A stretch of 36,561 nt of DNA from Octopus bimaculoides (Eukaryota): positions 2,453,421-2,489,981 of the forward strand of contig NC_069009.1 of NCBI RefSeq assembly GCF_001194135.2, in the 5' to 3' direction. Of this stretch, positions 11,380 through 23,098 are shown piece after piece (the stretch's first letter is position 1; each line of letters starts with the position of its first letter). A model generated the notes under the pieces. It saw only the letters and a program-made list of their open reading frames with translations. It searched no databases and was not told the origin of the DNA. The position numbers and the translations under genes are program-made.

Positions 11380-12342
11380 TTTTCAAATTTTGGTACAAGA
11401 CCAGCAATTTTAGGGGTGTGATCAAGTCAGTTACATCGACCCAGTACGCAACTGGTAATTATTTTGTCGACCCTGAAAGGATGAAAGGCAAAGTCGACCC
11501 CAGCAGAATTTGAACTCAAGAACATGAAGCTGGGTGAAATGCTGGTAAGCATTTTGCTGGTAAGCATTTTGCTGGCATGCTAATGATTCTGCCAGTACTC
11601 AACTCGTAATTATTTTGTCGACCCTAAAAGGATGAAAGGCAAAGTCGACCCCAGCAGAATTTGAAACTCAAGAACATGAAGATGGGTGAAATGCTGGTAA
11701 GCATTTTGCCTGGCATGCTAATGATTCTGCCAGTACTCAACTCGTAATTATTTTGTTGACCCTAAAAGGATGAAAGGCAAAGTTGACCTCGGCAGAATTT
11801 GAACTCTCGAATATAGCGGCAGACGAAATACCGCTAAGCATTTCACCCAGCGTGTTAATGATCATTGCAGCTTGCCACCTTAATGATAATAATAATCCTT
11901 TCTACTGTAGAGACAAGGCCCGAAATATTGGGGGAGGGGTCCAGTCGAATAGATTGACCCCAGTACACAACTGGTATGTAATTTATCAACCCCGAAAGGA
12001 TGAAAGGCAAAGTCGACCTTGGCAGAATTTGAACTCAGAACATAACGGCAGACGAAATACTGCTAAGCATTTGGCCCAGCGTGCTAATGATTCTGCTAGC
12101 TTGCCATCTTAATAATANNNNNNNNNNNNNNNNNNNNNNNNNNNNNNNNNNNNNNNNNNNNNNNNNNNNNNNNNNNNNNNNNNNNNNNNNNNNNNNNNNN
12201 NNNNNNNNNNNNNNNNNNNNNNNNNNNNNNNNNNNNNNNNNNNNNNNNNNNNNNNNNNNNNNNNNNNNNNNNNNNNNNNNNNNNNNNNNNNNNNNNNNNN
12301 NNNNNNNNNNNNNNNNNNNNNNNNNNNNNNNNNNNNNNNNNN

Positions 12343-12395
<53 letters not shown>

Positions 12396-12595
12396 GTTTC
12401 TGATTTAGGCACAAAGCCAGTAATTTTGAGGAGAGAAGGTAAGTTGATTGCATCGACCCCCCCAGTGCTTAACTGGTACTTGTTTTAGTGACCCCGAAAG
12501 GATGAAAGGTGAAGTGAACCTCAGCGGAATTTGAACTCTTACCATGAAGGTGGATGACATGCCTAGTGTTCTAAAGGTTCTGCCAGCTTGCTTCT

Positions 12596-12643
<48 letters not shown>

Positions 12644-13100
12644 GTAATAATAATTCTTTCTAATAGGGGTACAAGGTCTGAAATTTCAGGGGGGAGGGAG
12701 TAAGTCAATTACACGGACCCCAGTGTTTAACTGGTACTTATTTTATTAACCCCCGAAAAGATGAACGGCAAAGTCAACCTCGGTGGAATTTGAGTGCAGA
12801 AGAAAGTGACGGGCAAAATACTGTTAAGCCCCGCAGACCAACGATTCTGCCAGCTTACGGCCTAATAATTATAATTATGATAATAATTATTTCTAAGTTT
12901 TGGCACAAGGGCCAGCTGTTTTGGTGGGTTGGGGGCCAAGTCTATTACATCGACCCCAGTGATCCATTTGGTGCTTATTTTATCAACCCTTGAAAGGATG
13001 AAAGGCAAAGTAGACCTCGGTGGAATTTGAACTCAGAACAGAAGATATGTTACTAAGCGTTTTGTCTGGTCTGCTAAAGTTGCTGCCAGCTCATCACCTT
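11380..13100 (-). mobile_element. Array of SINE family A copies, all minus strand, separated by (AAT)n
   Basis: aaggatgaaaggcaaagtcgacc...gaatttgaactc or close variants recur at about 11480, 11630, 11765, 12000, 12500, 12760 and 13000. Confidence 0.9.
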
Positions 13101-13159
13101 AATAATAATGATAGGGAAAATAGTAATAATAATAATAATAATTCAAATTACGACAAACG

Positions 13160-13312
13160 TAAATAAACAAACAAAGTTTGCTTTTAGAAGCGTTGAGATG
13201 TCTTATTTAGAAAGTTAAAGAAGTGATTTTAAATTGTCAATCGCAGAATAATGCTAATAATATAGCCTGAACAGGATAAACTACCCCTATTTTGCAGAGA
13301 AAAGTGTAGGTG
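13160..13312. repeat. Interspersed repeat also present, inverted and diverged, at 35748-35860
   Basis: tttatcctgttca.gctatattatta.cattattctg and acatctcaa.gcttcta(a)aagcaaactttgttt are shared between the two loci. Confidence 0.75.
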
Positions 13313-13435
13313 TAGGTGTCCAAAGCTAGCCACCTACACTTTTCTCTGCAAAATAGGGGTAGTTTATCCTGTTCAGGCTATATTATTAGCATTATTCTGC
13401 GATTGACAATTTAAAATCACTTCTTTAACTTTCTA

Positions 13436-13440
<5 letters not shown>
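13203..13440. repeat. Perfect inverted repeat (110-bp arms, 18-bp spacer)
   Basis: 13203-13312 is the reverse complement of 13331-13440; no mismatch seen by eye. The right arm runs into (AAT)n. Confidence 0.95.
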
Positions 13441-13475
<35 letters not shown>

Positions 13476-13599
13476 TTGATGATGATGATGATGATAATAA
13501 TTGTAATAATAATAAAGATGATAATGGTGATGATGATGTTGATGATGGTGATGATAATGAGAATAGAGATGGTATTTAAATAATAATTCCTTATATAGG

Positions 13600-14266
13600 C
13601 AGAAGGCAAGGAATTTTTTTAAGCGGTGGCATTACTCATTTATATTGGTTCCAGTATATAACTGGTACTTATTTTTTAGCTCCTGAAAAAAAAAAATTGA
13701 AAGATGAAGTTAATCTAGACAGAATTTGAACTCAGAATCTAAAGAGCTGGAACAAATACCACACAGTATTTCATTTGTTGCTCTACCAATTCTGCCAACC
13801 TACCACCTTGGATAATTTCTAATTTCGACATATGGCCCAGAAGTTTGAAGGAGGTAGGGTCAGCTGATTAAATTGATACTAGCATATGACTGGTACTTCA
13901 TTTTATTGACTCTGAAAGGATGAAAGGCAAAATTGATGTTGGTGGGAATTGAACTCAAAATGTAAAATAACATAAAGAGACTTAACCAAATATTTGTAGA
14001 CCATTTTTGCCAGATGTTCTACCAATTTTTCCCATCCCTCTGCCTTTAAAGTACTATGCAAAAAAGAAAAAAACCAATATGATAATAAATCATAATAAAT
14101 TATATAAATTATAATGAATTATAATGAATTATAATAAATTATAATAAATTATAATACGTTTCAACAATAATGTTGCTGGTTGCTGTGAGTGATTCCGATA
14201 ATGAATTCACATCCTGTGTGTGTACGAAGTGGGTATTTCTTTGTGGTGGGAGGGGTTGAAAAAATC

Positions 14267-14312
<46 letters not shown>

Positions 14313-14655
14313 GTGTTAGGGGTGGAGCAGTTAAATGTAGTGGTGAGGGGTGGGGGTGGTAGTGATGTTGCTATTTAGAGTCATAATTCATATAGGATGT
14401 GTGTGTGTGTGTGTGTGTGTGCGTATCTCAGTGCTTGCTTGGAAATTTGAACCTGCGCCTGCTCCTCCACTCACAGTGAAATTCACACCCTCATTCTCAC
14501 TCATCTTTTATCACCACCCCCACTGCCACCGCCATTTTCGCTTCAACAGCAACAGCAACAAAAATGAAAAATGAAAAAATAAAATAAAAAAACAACAGAA
14601 ATAATTTTAACAATATAATTGTAACAACAATAACAACAATAGATATATAATAATG

Positions 14656-14715
<60 letters not shown>

Positions 14716-14856
14716 TCTAATTTTTGGCACAATGCCAGTAATTTTGAGGGGAAGGTGCCTTAGTTGATATTGTCAACCCCCACTACTTGTCTGGTACTTT
14801 ATTTAACGACCCCCTTGGAGGGATGAAAGGGAAAGTTGACCTTGGCAGGATTGGAA

Positions 14857-14891
<35 letters not shown>

Positions 14892-15070
14892 TGATGATGA
14901 TGATGATGATGATGGTTACAAATTTTGACGCGAGGCCAGCAGGTTTGGGGGAGGGGCTAAGTCAGCTAAATCGACCCCAGTGTGCAGCTGGTACTTATTT
15001 TATTGACCCCGAAAGATGAAAGACTAAGTTGACCCCACTGGTATTTGAACTAGCGATTCCTCTAAGCTAT
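13600..15070 (-). mobile_element. Further diverged SINE family A copies (about 13600-13810, 13815-14045, 14710-14870, 14915-15070) among microsatellites
   Basis: Each carries actggtactt...ga(a/t)gaaagg.aaagttgac...gaatttgaactc-like sequence. Confidence 0.8.
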
Positions 15071-15278
15071 GTTGCTCTAATTATGATAATGACATTGACA
15101 TTCTTTTTAATTAAAATGGCAAGGCAACGAAGAATTGTGAGAGTCGCTGGAGCTCCTGACAGATCTGCTCTGGCTTTCTGTGGCCCCTATTCAAGAATCT
15201 GCCATCATCAACTTTGCCTTTTGTCCTTCTGGGTTCAATAAAGAAAGTACCAGTATAGGGCAGCAGATTGGTGGAACA

Positions 15279-15440
15279 GTTAGAGTACAGAATGTGTTCT
15301 CTTGTATCGTGTCTGTTAGAGTACAAGATGTATTTTCTTGTGTTGGATCTGATAGAGTACAGGATGTGTTCTCTTGTATTGTATTTGTTAGAGTACAGAA
15401 TGTGTTTTCTTGTGTTGTATCTGTTAGAGTACAAGATGTA
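15279..15440. repeat. 36-bp minisatellite, about 4.5 copies
   Basis: g(t/a)tagagtac starts at 15279, 15315, 15351, 15387 and 15423. Confidence 0.9.
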
Positions 15441-15490
15441 TGTATGTGTGTGTGTGTGTGTATGTATGTGTGTGTGTGTGTATGTATGAA

Positions 15491-15530
<40 letters not shown>

Positions 15531-15624
15531 CATGCATATGACTGTGTGCTTATGTATGAATGTGAGTATATGCATATGAATGTGTGTAACATGCGTGTGT
15601 GCTGATGTTGCTCCTTTATTTTTC

Positions 15625-15990
15625 TGAGACATGGACCCTTTACAAGTATCATGTAAGGGTCTTTGTACACTTCCATCAGAGATGCCTGAGACACATTCTG
15701 GATGTTGGTCGGTCCTTGCAGACTCCAGACAGAAAGGTCTTGATGGGAGCCAGCCAACATCCTGAGCACTGAAGCAATGGTGTACAAGCATCGATTACAT
15801 CGTTTGGGTGAATGACCAGGGGATCCCTAAACAGATTCTATAAGGTGAACTTGTTTGTGGAAGGGGCTCCCAGCAGAAACCAAGAGCATGGGAGATATGG
15901 GAGGTCTATTGGAAATGCAATACTTGTCATCACCACTGATGGAGGAAACGAGTAAAGGAAAACATGGGTATTTTTGAAGAAACATGCATT
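15625..15990 (+). mobile_element. RTE/BovB-like LINE 3' fragment (decayed)
   Basis: Broken frames give TWTLYKYHV...FHQRCLRHIL, STEAMV, GIPKQIL*GEL..G and WRKRVKE..GIFEE. These match the RTE C-terminal region (ETWTLY...FHQRCLR.IL...RIPKQILYGEL). Confidence 0.85.
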
Positions 15991-16655
15991 TTTCATGCAG
16001 AATTTGAGTTGTTCAAAAGTACACCACCAGTGCAGTGAATGGGGCAAGCTTGGTCTGCAATATCTGCAGATGTGTATGTTTGTCAAGAGCTGGACTCATT
16101 AGTCAGTGATGGTCTTCCTCGGTCGAGAGTGGATAGCCACCATATGTGTATATGTATGAATGTACATGTGTGTTTATGAGTGTATGTGTATATACATGCA
16201 TATCTGTGTGCATGAAGATGTGTGTGTGTACTTGTGTTTAGTGATCATTATTGTTGCTTGTCCTGGTTGAGCGTGCTGAGCTAGTCTCTAAGGTTTGTCC
16301 TAACCATGGCCATCCCATCTGTTTGTGTATCAGGAACTACATTGTTCTTTGCATCCTTCCCTATTTAAAGATGGTAGAGTGTCTGTGTGTATGTGATTTG
16401 AGGGAGATTTGGCTGCTATGATGTGTAGGTCTTGAACAGCTGGCATGAAGAGGGCTCCCTTCAATAAACTCATATCATATCTCTAGTAGGGTAGTGGAGG
16501 GTTGATCTAAAGGAGCATTGGTCTATAGGAGTAGTAGTAGTAGCGGTGGTGGTGGTGGTGGTGGTAGTGGTGGTTGTGAGGGTTTTTTGATTGCAGGTGT
16601 ATCTATACATGTATATATATGTATGTTTGAATGTGTATTTGTGTGTGTGTGTGTG

Positions 16656-16719
<64 letters not shown>

Positions 16720-17409
16720 TGTGTGTATGCATATGTATATGTATGTATATATGTATGTACATATATATGTGTGTATGTATACATACATTAATGTATGTAT
16801 GTATATATGTGTGTATATATGTGTGTTTGTATATATATATATATGTATGCATATGTATACGTATGTATATATGTACATATATATGTATATGTGTATGAAT
16901 GTATGTATGTATGTATGTATGTATGTATGTGTGTATGTATACATACATTAATGTATGTATATATGTGTGTTTGTATATATATATATATATATGTATGCAT
17001 ATGTATATGTATGTATATATGTATGTACATATATATATGTATATGTGTATGTATGAATGTATGTATGTATGTATATATGTATGCATGTATGTATATAAGT
17101 ATGTGTAAATTGCAGGGAGGAAACAGGGGCGGGGAGAAGCAAATACACATTAGCAAAAGGGTGGCATTAGTAATGGGTAGTGTAGGAGAGGTGAAGGAAG
17201 AGGAGGCAGATAATTGGAGTTTCAAAAAAGGGCAGATAGCAGGGTGAGGGGAGCAACGATGCTGGAAGGATGAAAAATAAATACGGGGGGCAGGCCAAAT
17301 TAGTAATTAAAAATGATTAATAATGATCAGCAATTTTTGATATGAGAAGGCAGAAGGAGACAGACAGTGGGTCGACAAGGGCTTTCAAAATGTNNNNNNN
17401 NNNATATAG

Positions 17410-17460
<51 letters not shown>

Positions 17461-17474
17461 TACATATACACAAA

Positions 17475-17975
17475 CATGCAGGAAGTAAATAGACATCTTT
17501 TTTATTTTTGAAATTTCTCATCTAAGCATCTTAATATGTTTTCAGCGGTGTGGAATTTACAATGTAATTATTCCTTTTCATTCCAAGTGCCATTATATTA
17601 AACATTTGCAAAGAGTAACCATGCCACACACAACTGTCAGATTTTCAAAGAGGTTCTATTGTTGGGCAATCTGAGGCTGGTCTTAGCCAGCAAAAAAATT
17701 GCCGAAAATCTTCAAATTCCTCTTGCTACTCGTCCCGGCCGACCTGGGCCCTCGGAAAGGAAACTTCACTGTTTGAAGAGAATTGTGGAAAACGAATCCT
17801 GTTTGAAGGCTTCTGACATTGCAAAACAGCAAGAAGTTAGTCCAAGAATGTATGTTACATATCTGCATAAGCTTGGGTATTATGGACGAGCAGCTAGAAG
17901 AAAACCTCTCCTTCAACCCATTAATATCAAATGAGGGATTTTGAAAATTAAAGTTGTCTATTTCCGTCCTGCATG
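17475..17975 (+). mobile_element. Tc1-like non-autonomous deletion derivative with imperfect terminal inverted repeats
   Basis: Left end catgcagga.gtaaatagaca; the right end reverse-complements to catgcaggacggaaatagaca. The interior encodes a frameshifted N-terminal transposase (QLSDFQRGSIVG...IAENLQI, GRP, KLGYYGRAARRKPLL). No DDE domain is present. Confidence 0.85.
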
Positions 17976-18180
17976 TCTGTGTATATATACTTTAATATAT
18001 ATCTATATATTTACACTATAATATATAGATGTAAATATATATATATGTATGTGTATCTATATATATATATATATATACACACACACGCACACACATGTAT
18101 ACATACATATATATATACGTGTGTGTATATATCTATCTAACTATCTATCTGTCTATATATATATCCTGATATATATATAT

Positions 18181-18211
<31 letters not shown>

Positions 18212-19169
18212 NNNNNNNNNNNNNNNNNNNNNNNNNNNNNNNNNNNNNNNNNNNNNNNNNNNNNNNNNNNNNNNNNNNNNNNNNNNNNNNNNNNNNNNNN
18301 NNNNNNNNNNNNNNNNNNNNNNNNNNNNNNNNNNNNNNNNNNNNNNNNNNNNNNNNNNNNNNNNNNNNNNNNNNNNNNNNNNNNNNNNNNNNNNNNNNNN
18401 NNNNNNNNNNNNNNNNNNNNNNNNNNNNNNNNNNNNNNNNNNNNNNNNNNNNNNNNNNNNNNNNNNNNNNNNNNNNNNNNNNNNNNNNNNNNNNNNNNNN
18501 NNNNNNNNNNNNNNNNNNNNNNNNNNNNNNNNNNNNNNNNNNNNNNNNNNNNNNNNNNNNNNNNNNNNNNNNNNNNNNNNNNNNNNNNNNNNNNNNACCC
18601 AACTTAAGCTCAAGTGGTGGGATGTGGCTGAGTAAATACTTTCTTTGGAATATATTTTTGAAGAGTGAGGGTAGTGGGGGAGGGTGTCTGGTTGGTTGGT
18701 TGGTTTGTTGGGTGGGTGGTTAATGGAATAATTTGGTTGAATGGTCAGTCAGTTGGCTACAGGTCGCATTGGTAATGTTGGTGGTGATGGTGATGATGGT
18801 GGTGGTGGTGGTAGTGAAGTTGGTGTTGGTGGTGGTGGTGGTGGTGTTGCTGGTAGCAATTGTCATGGTAGAGTTTTGGGGAAGATGGAGAGGGTTAAGA
18901 TTAAGATAAAGATTATTGGATTAAGGCTTAAAGAAGTCTGTAGGTGCTGGTGAGGGGATACAGGTAGAAATGGTTTTAGTAAGCAGTTAAAACAGAGAGA
19001 GAGATGAAGAGAGAGAGGGAGGGAGAGATAGAGAGAGATTGGTTGTGTAAGGGAGGAGTTGAGAGAAAGAGAGACTGGGTGTGACTGTATGTAGGAGGAG
19101 ACAAAGGGAATGTATATGTAAGGGATGCATGTAGGAGGGAAAGAGATAATCGGTATGGTTATGCGTGTT

Positions 19170-19700
19170 AGGGAGAAAGGGGAAAGTGTATATGATTGTG
19201 TGTAGGAGGTGAAACAGACTGGGCGTGGCTCAGTGAAGAAAGTGATAGTGGGCGTGGTTATGTTTGTGTAGTAGGTAAAACAGTTTAGAAAGTGGTAGTA
19301 GGTGAAACAGAGTGTGCAAAAAGTGGTAGTGGGTGTGGCTGTGTGCAGAAAAATCAAGAGATAGTGGGTGTGGTTGAGTATGAAGAAGAAAGAGACAATG
19401 GGCACGGCTATGTGTGTGTAGGAAGTGAAACAGATAGTGGGCGTGGCTGTGTAAAAAGTGATAGTGAGTGTAGCAGTGTGCAGAAAAATCAAGAGACAGT
19501 AGGCGTGGCTGTGTGGGAAGAAGAAAGAGATAGTGGGTATGGCTAAGTGTGTTAGGGAGAAAGAAATAGTGTATATTGCTGTCTGTAGGAGGGGAAAAGG
19601 ATAGTGGGCACGGCTCTACATAGAAGGAGGAAGTGATAGTGGGTGTGTCTGTAAAAAGATAGAGATAGTGGGCGTAGATATATATAGGCGGGGAAAAAGG
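19170..19700. repeat. Degenerate purine-rich minisatellite with core gatagtgggcgtggct
   Basis: About 11 variant copies of the core at 30-70 bp spacing. Blocks 19300-19410 and 19425-19550 form a higher-order duplication. Confidence 0.8.
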
Positions 19701-21191
19701 GGAGAGATTGGTAATTTATTGTTGCTGTTTTAGCCTGAGAACAATCCTGATCAAGTAGAGTTTAAGATCAAAGGCAATCCAGCTGTGACCATCCCGTTTG
19801 TTGAGGGTTGTTTAAATTTCCATTATCTAATGTGACCCTTTCTGTTTGTTTGTTTGTTTTTTTGTTTTTTTTAAGACAACAGAGTACAATTTTTGAAGAA
19901 AATTTTGCTGCTATGTCTAACCTTGTTGAGTGATTGTGTAGAAGTGCCCAGATTGGCTGCACAGTCTCCATTTTTTTTTTCGTGAGTGTCATAGGTTGCA
20001 AGAGGAGGGGGAAAGGGGGAAGAAACAGGGAAAGTGGCACTCTTCTTTTTCCTCATAACCCACCACTCTCCACCTTCCTCTGCCACACGCACACATACTA
20101 AGCTCCCCCTACCACCTTTATTCTTCTTCCATCTGTCTGTTTGTCTCTCTCACCTCTTCTCTGTCTGTTTCTTCCTTCCATTACACACTCACACATACAC
20201 ACACACACACTGCCCTAATCTATCTCCCACCCCCCACAACTCTACTCCACCTCAGCTGATGGCCACAGCGATGGCCACTAACCAACAGTTTACACCACAT
20301 CACAAGACAATGACCACAATGAAAACAACACAACCTTTCACTTGCTACTGTTACTACTACTACTACTGCTACTACTACTACGACTATCACCATCGCCATC
20401 ACCATGACGACGACGATGACGACGACGACAACAATCACAAACACTACTACCACTGCCACCACCTCCACTGGTTTACCACACTACCATCACCACCGCGACT
20501 ATGACAACGAGACAACAACACCACCTGACCTCACCTCACCTGACCTCACCTCACCACGCCTTGCCCTCCCGCATCAACACACCCCCTGGTACCAACTCAC
20601 TGCCGCATTTTGTTCTGCCCATTATATCTACTCCATCACTCCACTCCAACACCCTCACTCACACTCACACTCACGCACTCTCCCTCTCTTCTCTGCTGTC
20701 CCTCGTCTCCCCCCCCTTTTTTTTTCATATCTTTATTTTTTTTCCTTTCCTTACCCTTCCTGTTCTTACCCCTCCNNNNNNNNNNNNNNNNNNNNNNNNN
20801 NNNNNNNNNNNNNNNNNNNNNNNNNNNNNNNNNNNNNNNNNNNNNNNNNNNNNNNNNNNNNNNNNNNNNNNNNNNNNNNNNNNNNNNNNNNNNNNNNNNN
20901 NNNNNNNNNNNNNNNNNNNNNNNNNNNNNNNNNNNNNNNNNNNNNNNNNNNNNNNNNNNNNNNNNNNNNNNNNNNNNNNNNNNNNNNNNNNNNNNNNNNN
21001 NNNNNNNNNNNNNNNNNNNNNNNNNNNNNNNNNNNNNNNNNNNNNNNNNNNNNNNNNNNNNNNNNNNNNNNNNNNNNNNNNNNNNNNNNNNNNNNNNNNN
21101 NNNNNNNNNNNAAAAAAAAAAAAAAGAAAAAACAAAGCACTGCTACTTCATTCCACCCCGCCTAACAATCCCCAGACCCTTAAAATTTGCT

Positions 21192-21465
21192 TCACATGTC
21201 CCCGAAAATTCCAGCGAAAGTCTTCCGAAGGTTTTGCATTGTGTCCTCATCTTGGCCCTGCCCCCCTGGGGCCGGCGGGTGCGCCTGGTTCCCTGACTGC
21301 TGTTGTTGGTGAGGGTGCTGCTGTTGGCTTTGTTGTTGCTGCTGGTGTTGTTGTTGTTGTTGTTGCTGCTGCGGTGGTGGTGGCGGTGGCTGCCCCGCTG
21401 CTTGCGGTGGACCCTGTCCTGGCTGTCCGGGCCTTGCTGGGACACCTGGTTGCTGACCGGGAGGT
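21192..21465 (-). CDS. Syn: Synapsin last coding exon: Pro/Gln-rich region, polyQ, and domain E (DEDTMQNLRKTFAGIFGDM*)
   Basis: Acceptor tgatttttctcag, phase 2 entry, stop TGA at 21192-21194 (ORF 21192..21479). The C-terminus resembles synapsin domain E (ET+xxLRKxFAxxF.D). Confidence 0.95.
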
Positions 21466-21559
21466 CTGAGAAAAATCATAAAAACAACAGTTAAAATTTA
21501 ACAAAGGAAGTTCTTAAAATGCACTCAACAACAACTACAACAACAATTCTTCCTACTAT

Positions 21560-22050
21560 AGTTACAAGGCCTGGATTTTGTACAGTCAATCACATCGACC
21601 CCAGTACACAACTGGTACTTAACTTATTGACCCCAAAAGGATGAAAAGGCCAAGTCAACCTCGGTGGAATTCCTTTCTACTATAGGCACAAGGCCTCAAG
21701 TTTTGGAGGAGGGGTACATTGGTTACATTGACCTCAGTGCATAACTGGTACTTATTTCATCAACCCTTGAAATGATGAAAGGCAAATTCGACCTCGGTGG
21801 AATTTGAACTCAGAATGTGAAGACAGACAGACAGAATGCCGCTAAATATTTCACTTGGTGTGCTAACCATTCTGCCAGCTCACTGCCTTAATAATAATGA
21901 TTTGGCACAAGACCATCAGTTTGGGGGAAGGGGTTAAGTCGATAACATCAATCCCATTGCTCAACTGGTACTTATTTTATCAACCCCAAAAGGATGAAAG
22001 GCAAAGTCTACCTCGGCAGCATTTGAACTCAGAATGTGAAGATGAACAAA
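21560..22050 (-). mobile_element. Three tandem SINE family A copies (one partial) in the last synapsin intron
   Basis: Family A body motifs at about 21640, 21780 and 21995, sense to the synapsin transcript. Confidence 0.85.
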
Positions 22051-22064
22051 ATGCTTCTAAGCAA

Positions 22065-22225
22065 GATGCCAGTGTGAAATTTTGCGTTAAACTTGGGAAG
22101 TCTGCTACAGAGACATTGAGCATGCTTCGGCAAGCTTACAGCAATGAGGCAATGGGTTGTACATAATGTTTTAAGTGGCGTGAGCACTTCAAATGTGGAA
22201 GAATGTTCCTGGAAGACAATAAGTG
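22065..22225 (+). mobile_element. Mariner transposase N-terminal fragment
   Basis: VKFCVKLGKSATETLSMLRQAYSNEAM...FKW..HFK.GR..LED matches the mariner N-terminal HTH (KFCVKLGKSATET..ML..AYG.EAM). Confidence 0.8.
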
Positions 22226-22603
22226 AGTATGTTTCAGATTGAAAAAAGGATTTTGTTTATCTTAATTTTGAAAAATTAAAAGAAGTATAAAAAAAACTGC
22301 ATTATTTATGGGATGACCAATATAANNNNNNNNNNNNNNNNNNNNNNNNNNNNNNNNNNNNNNNNNNNNNNNNNNNNNNNNNNNNNNNNNNNNNNNNNNN
22401 NNNNNNNNNNNNNNNNNNNNNNNNNNNNNNNNNNNNNNNNNNNNNNNNNNNNNNNNNNNNNNNNNNNNNNNNNNNNNNNNNNNNNNNNNNNNNNNNNNNN
22501 NNNNNNNNNNNNNNNNNNNNNNNNNNNNNNNNNNNNNNNNNNNNNNNNNNNNNNNNNNNNNNNNNNNNNNNNNNNNNNNNNNNNNNNNNNNNNNNNNNNN
22601 NNA

Positions 22604-22959
22604 GCAAATCGACCCCAGGACTTATTCTTTGTAAGCCTAGTACTTATTCTATCGGTCTCTTTTGCCGAACCACTAAGTTACGGGGACGTAAACACGCCAG
22701 CATTGGTTGTCAACCGATGTTGGGGGGACAAACACAGACACACAAACATATACACACACAAACATATACACATACATACATACATACATATATATATACA
22801 TATATACAACAGGCTTCTTTCAGTTTCCGCCTACCAAATCCACTCACAAGGCTTTGGTCGGCCTGAGGCTACAGTAGAAGACACTTGCCCAAGGTGCCAC
22901 GCAGTGGGACCAAACCCAGAACCATGTGGTTGGTAAACGAGCTCCTTACCACACAGCCA
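22604..22959 (-). mobile_element. SINE family B copy (well preserved)
   Basis: Same head and tail as 3450-3878; its 3' end is lost in the N-gap. Confidence 0.9.
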
Positions 22960-23098
22960 GATAATGTAGTCCTAGATATATATATGTGTGTGTATACAAG
23001 CAAAATTTATATCTAGAATTATATTACCATGTACTTCCTTTATCTTAATATTAGGGAGACTTAGCTGTTATTTCCAGCATGTGAAGAATCTTACTTAC

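Noticed and set aside
11380-13100. Regularly repeated units with short intervening sequence, superficially CRISPR-like
   Set aside because: The sequence is eukaryotic, the units are 140-230 bp SINE bodies with Pol III boxes, the spacers are microsatellites, and there are no cas genes.
20034-21165. His/Thr/Asp-rich ORFs downstream of the synapsin stop
   Set aside because: They derive from (CAC)n, (GAC)n and (CTA)n low-complexity sequence and a gap, probably 3' UTR or intergenic.
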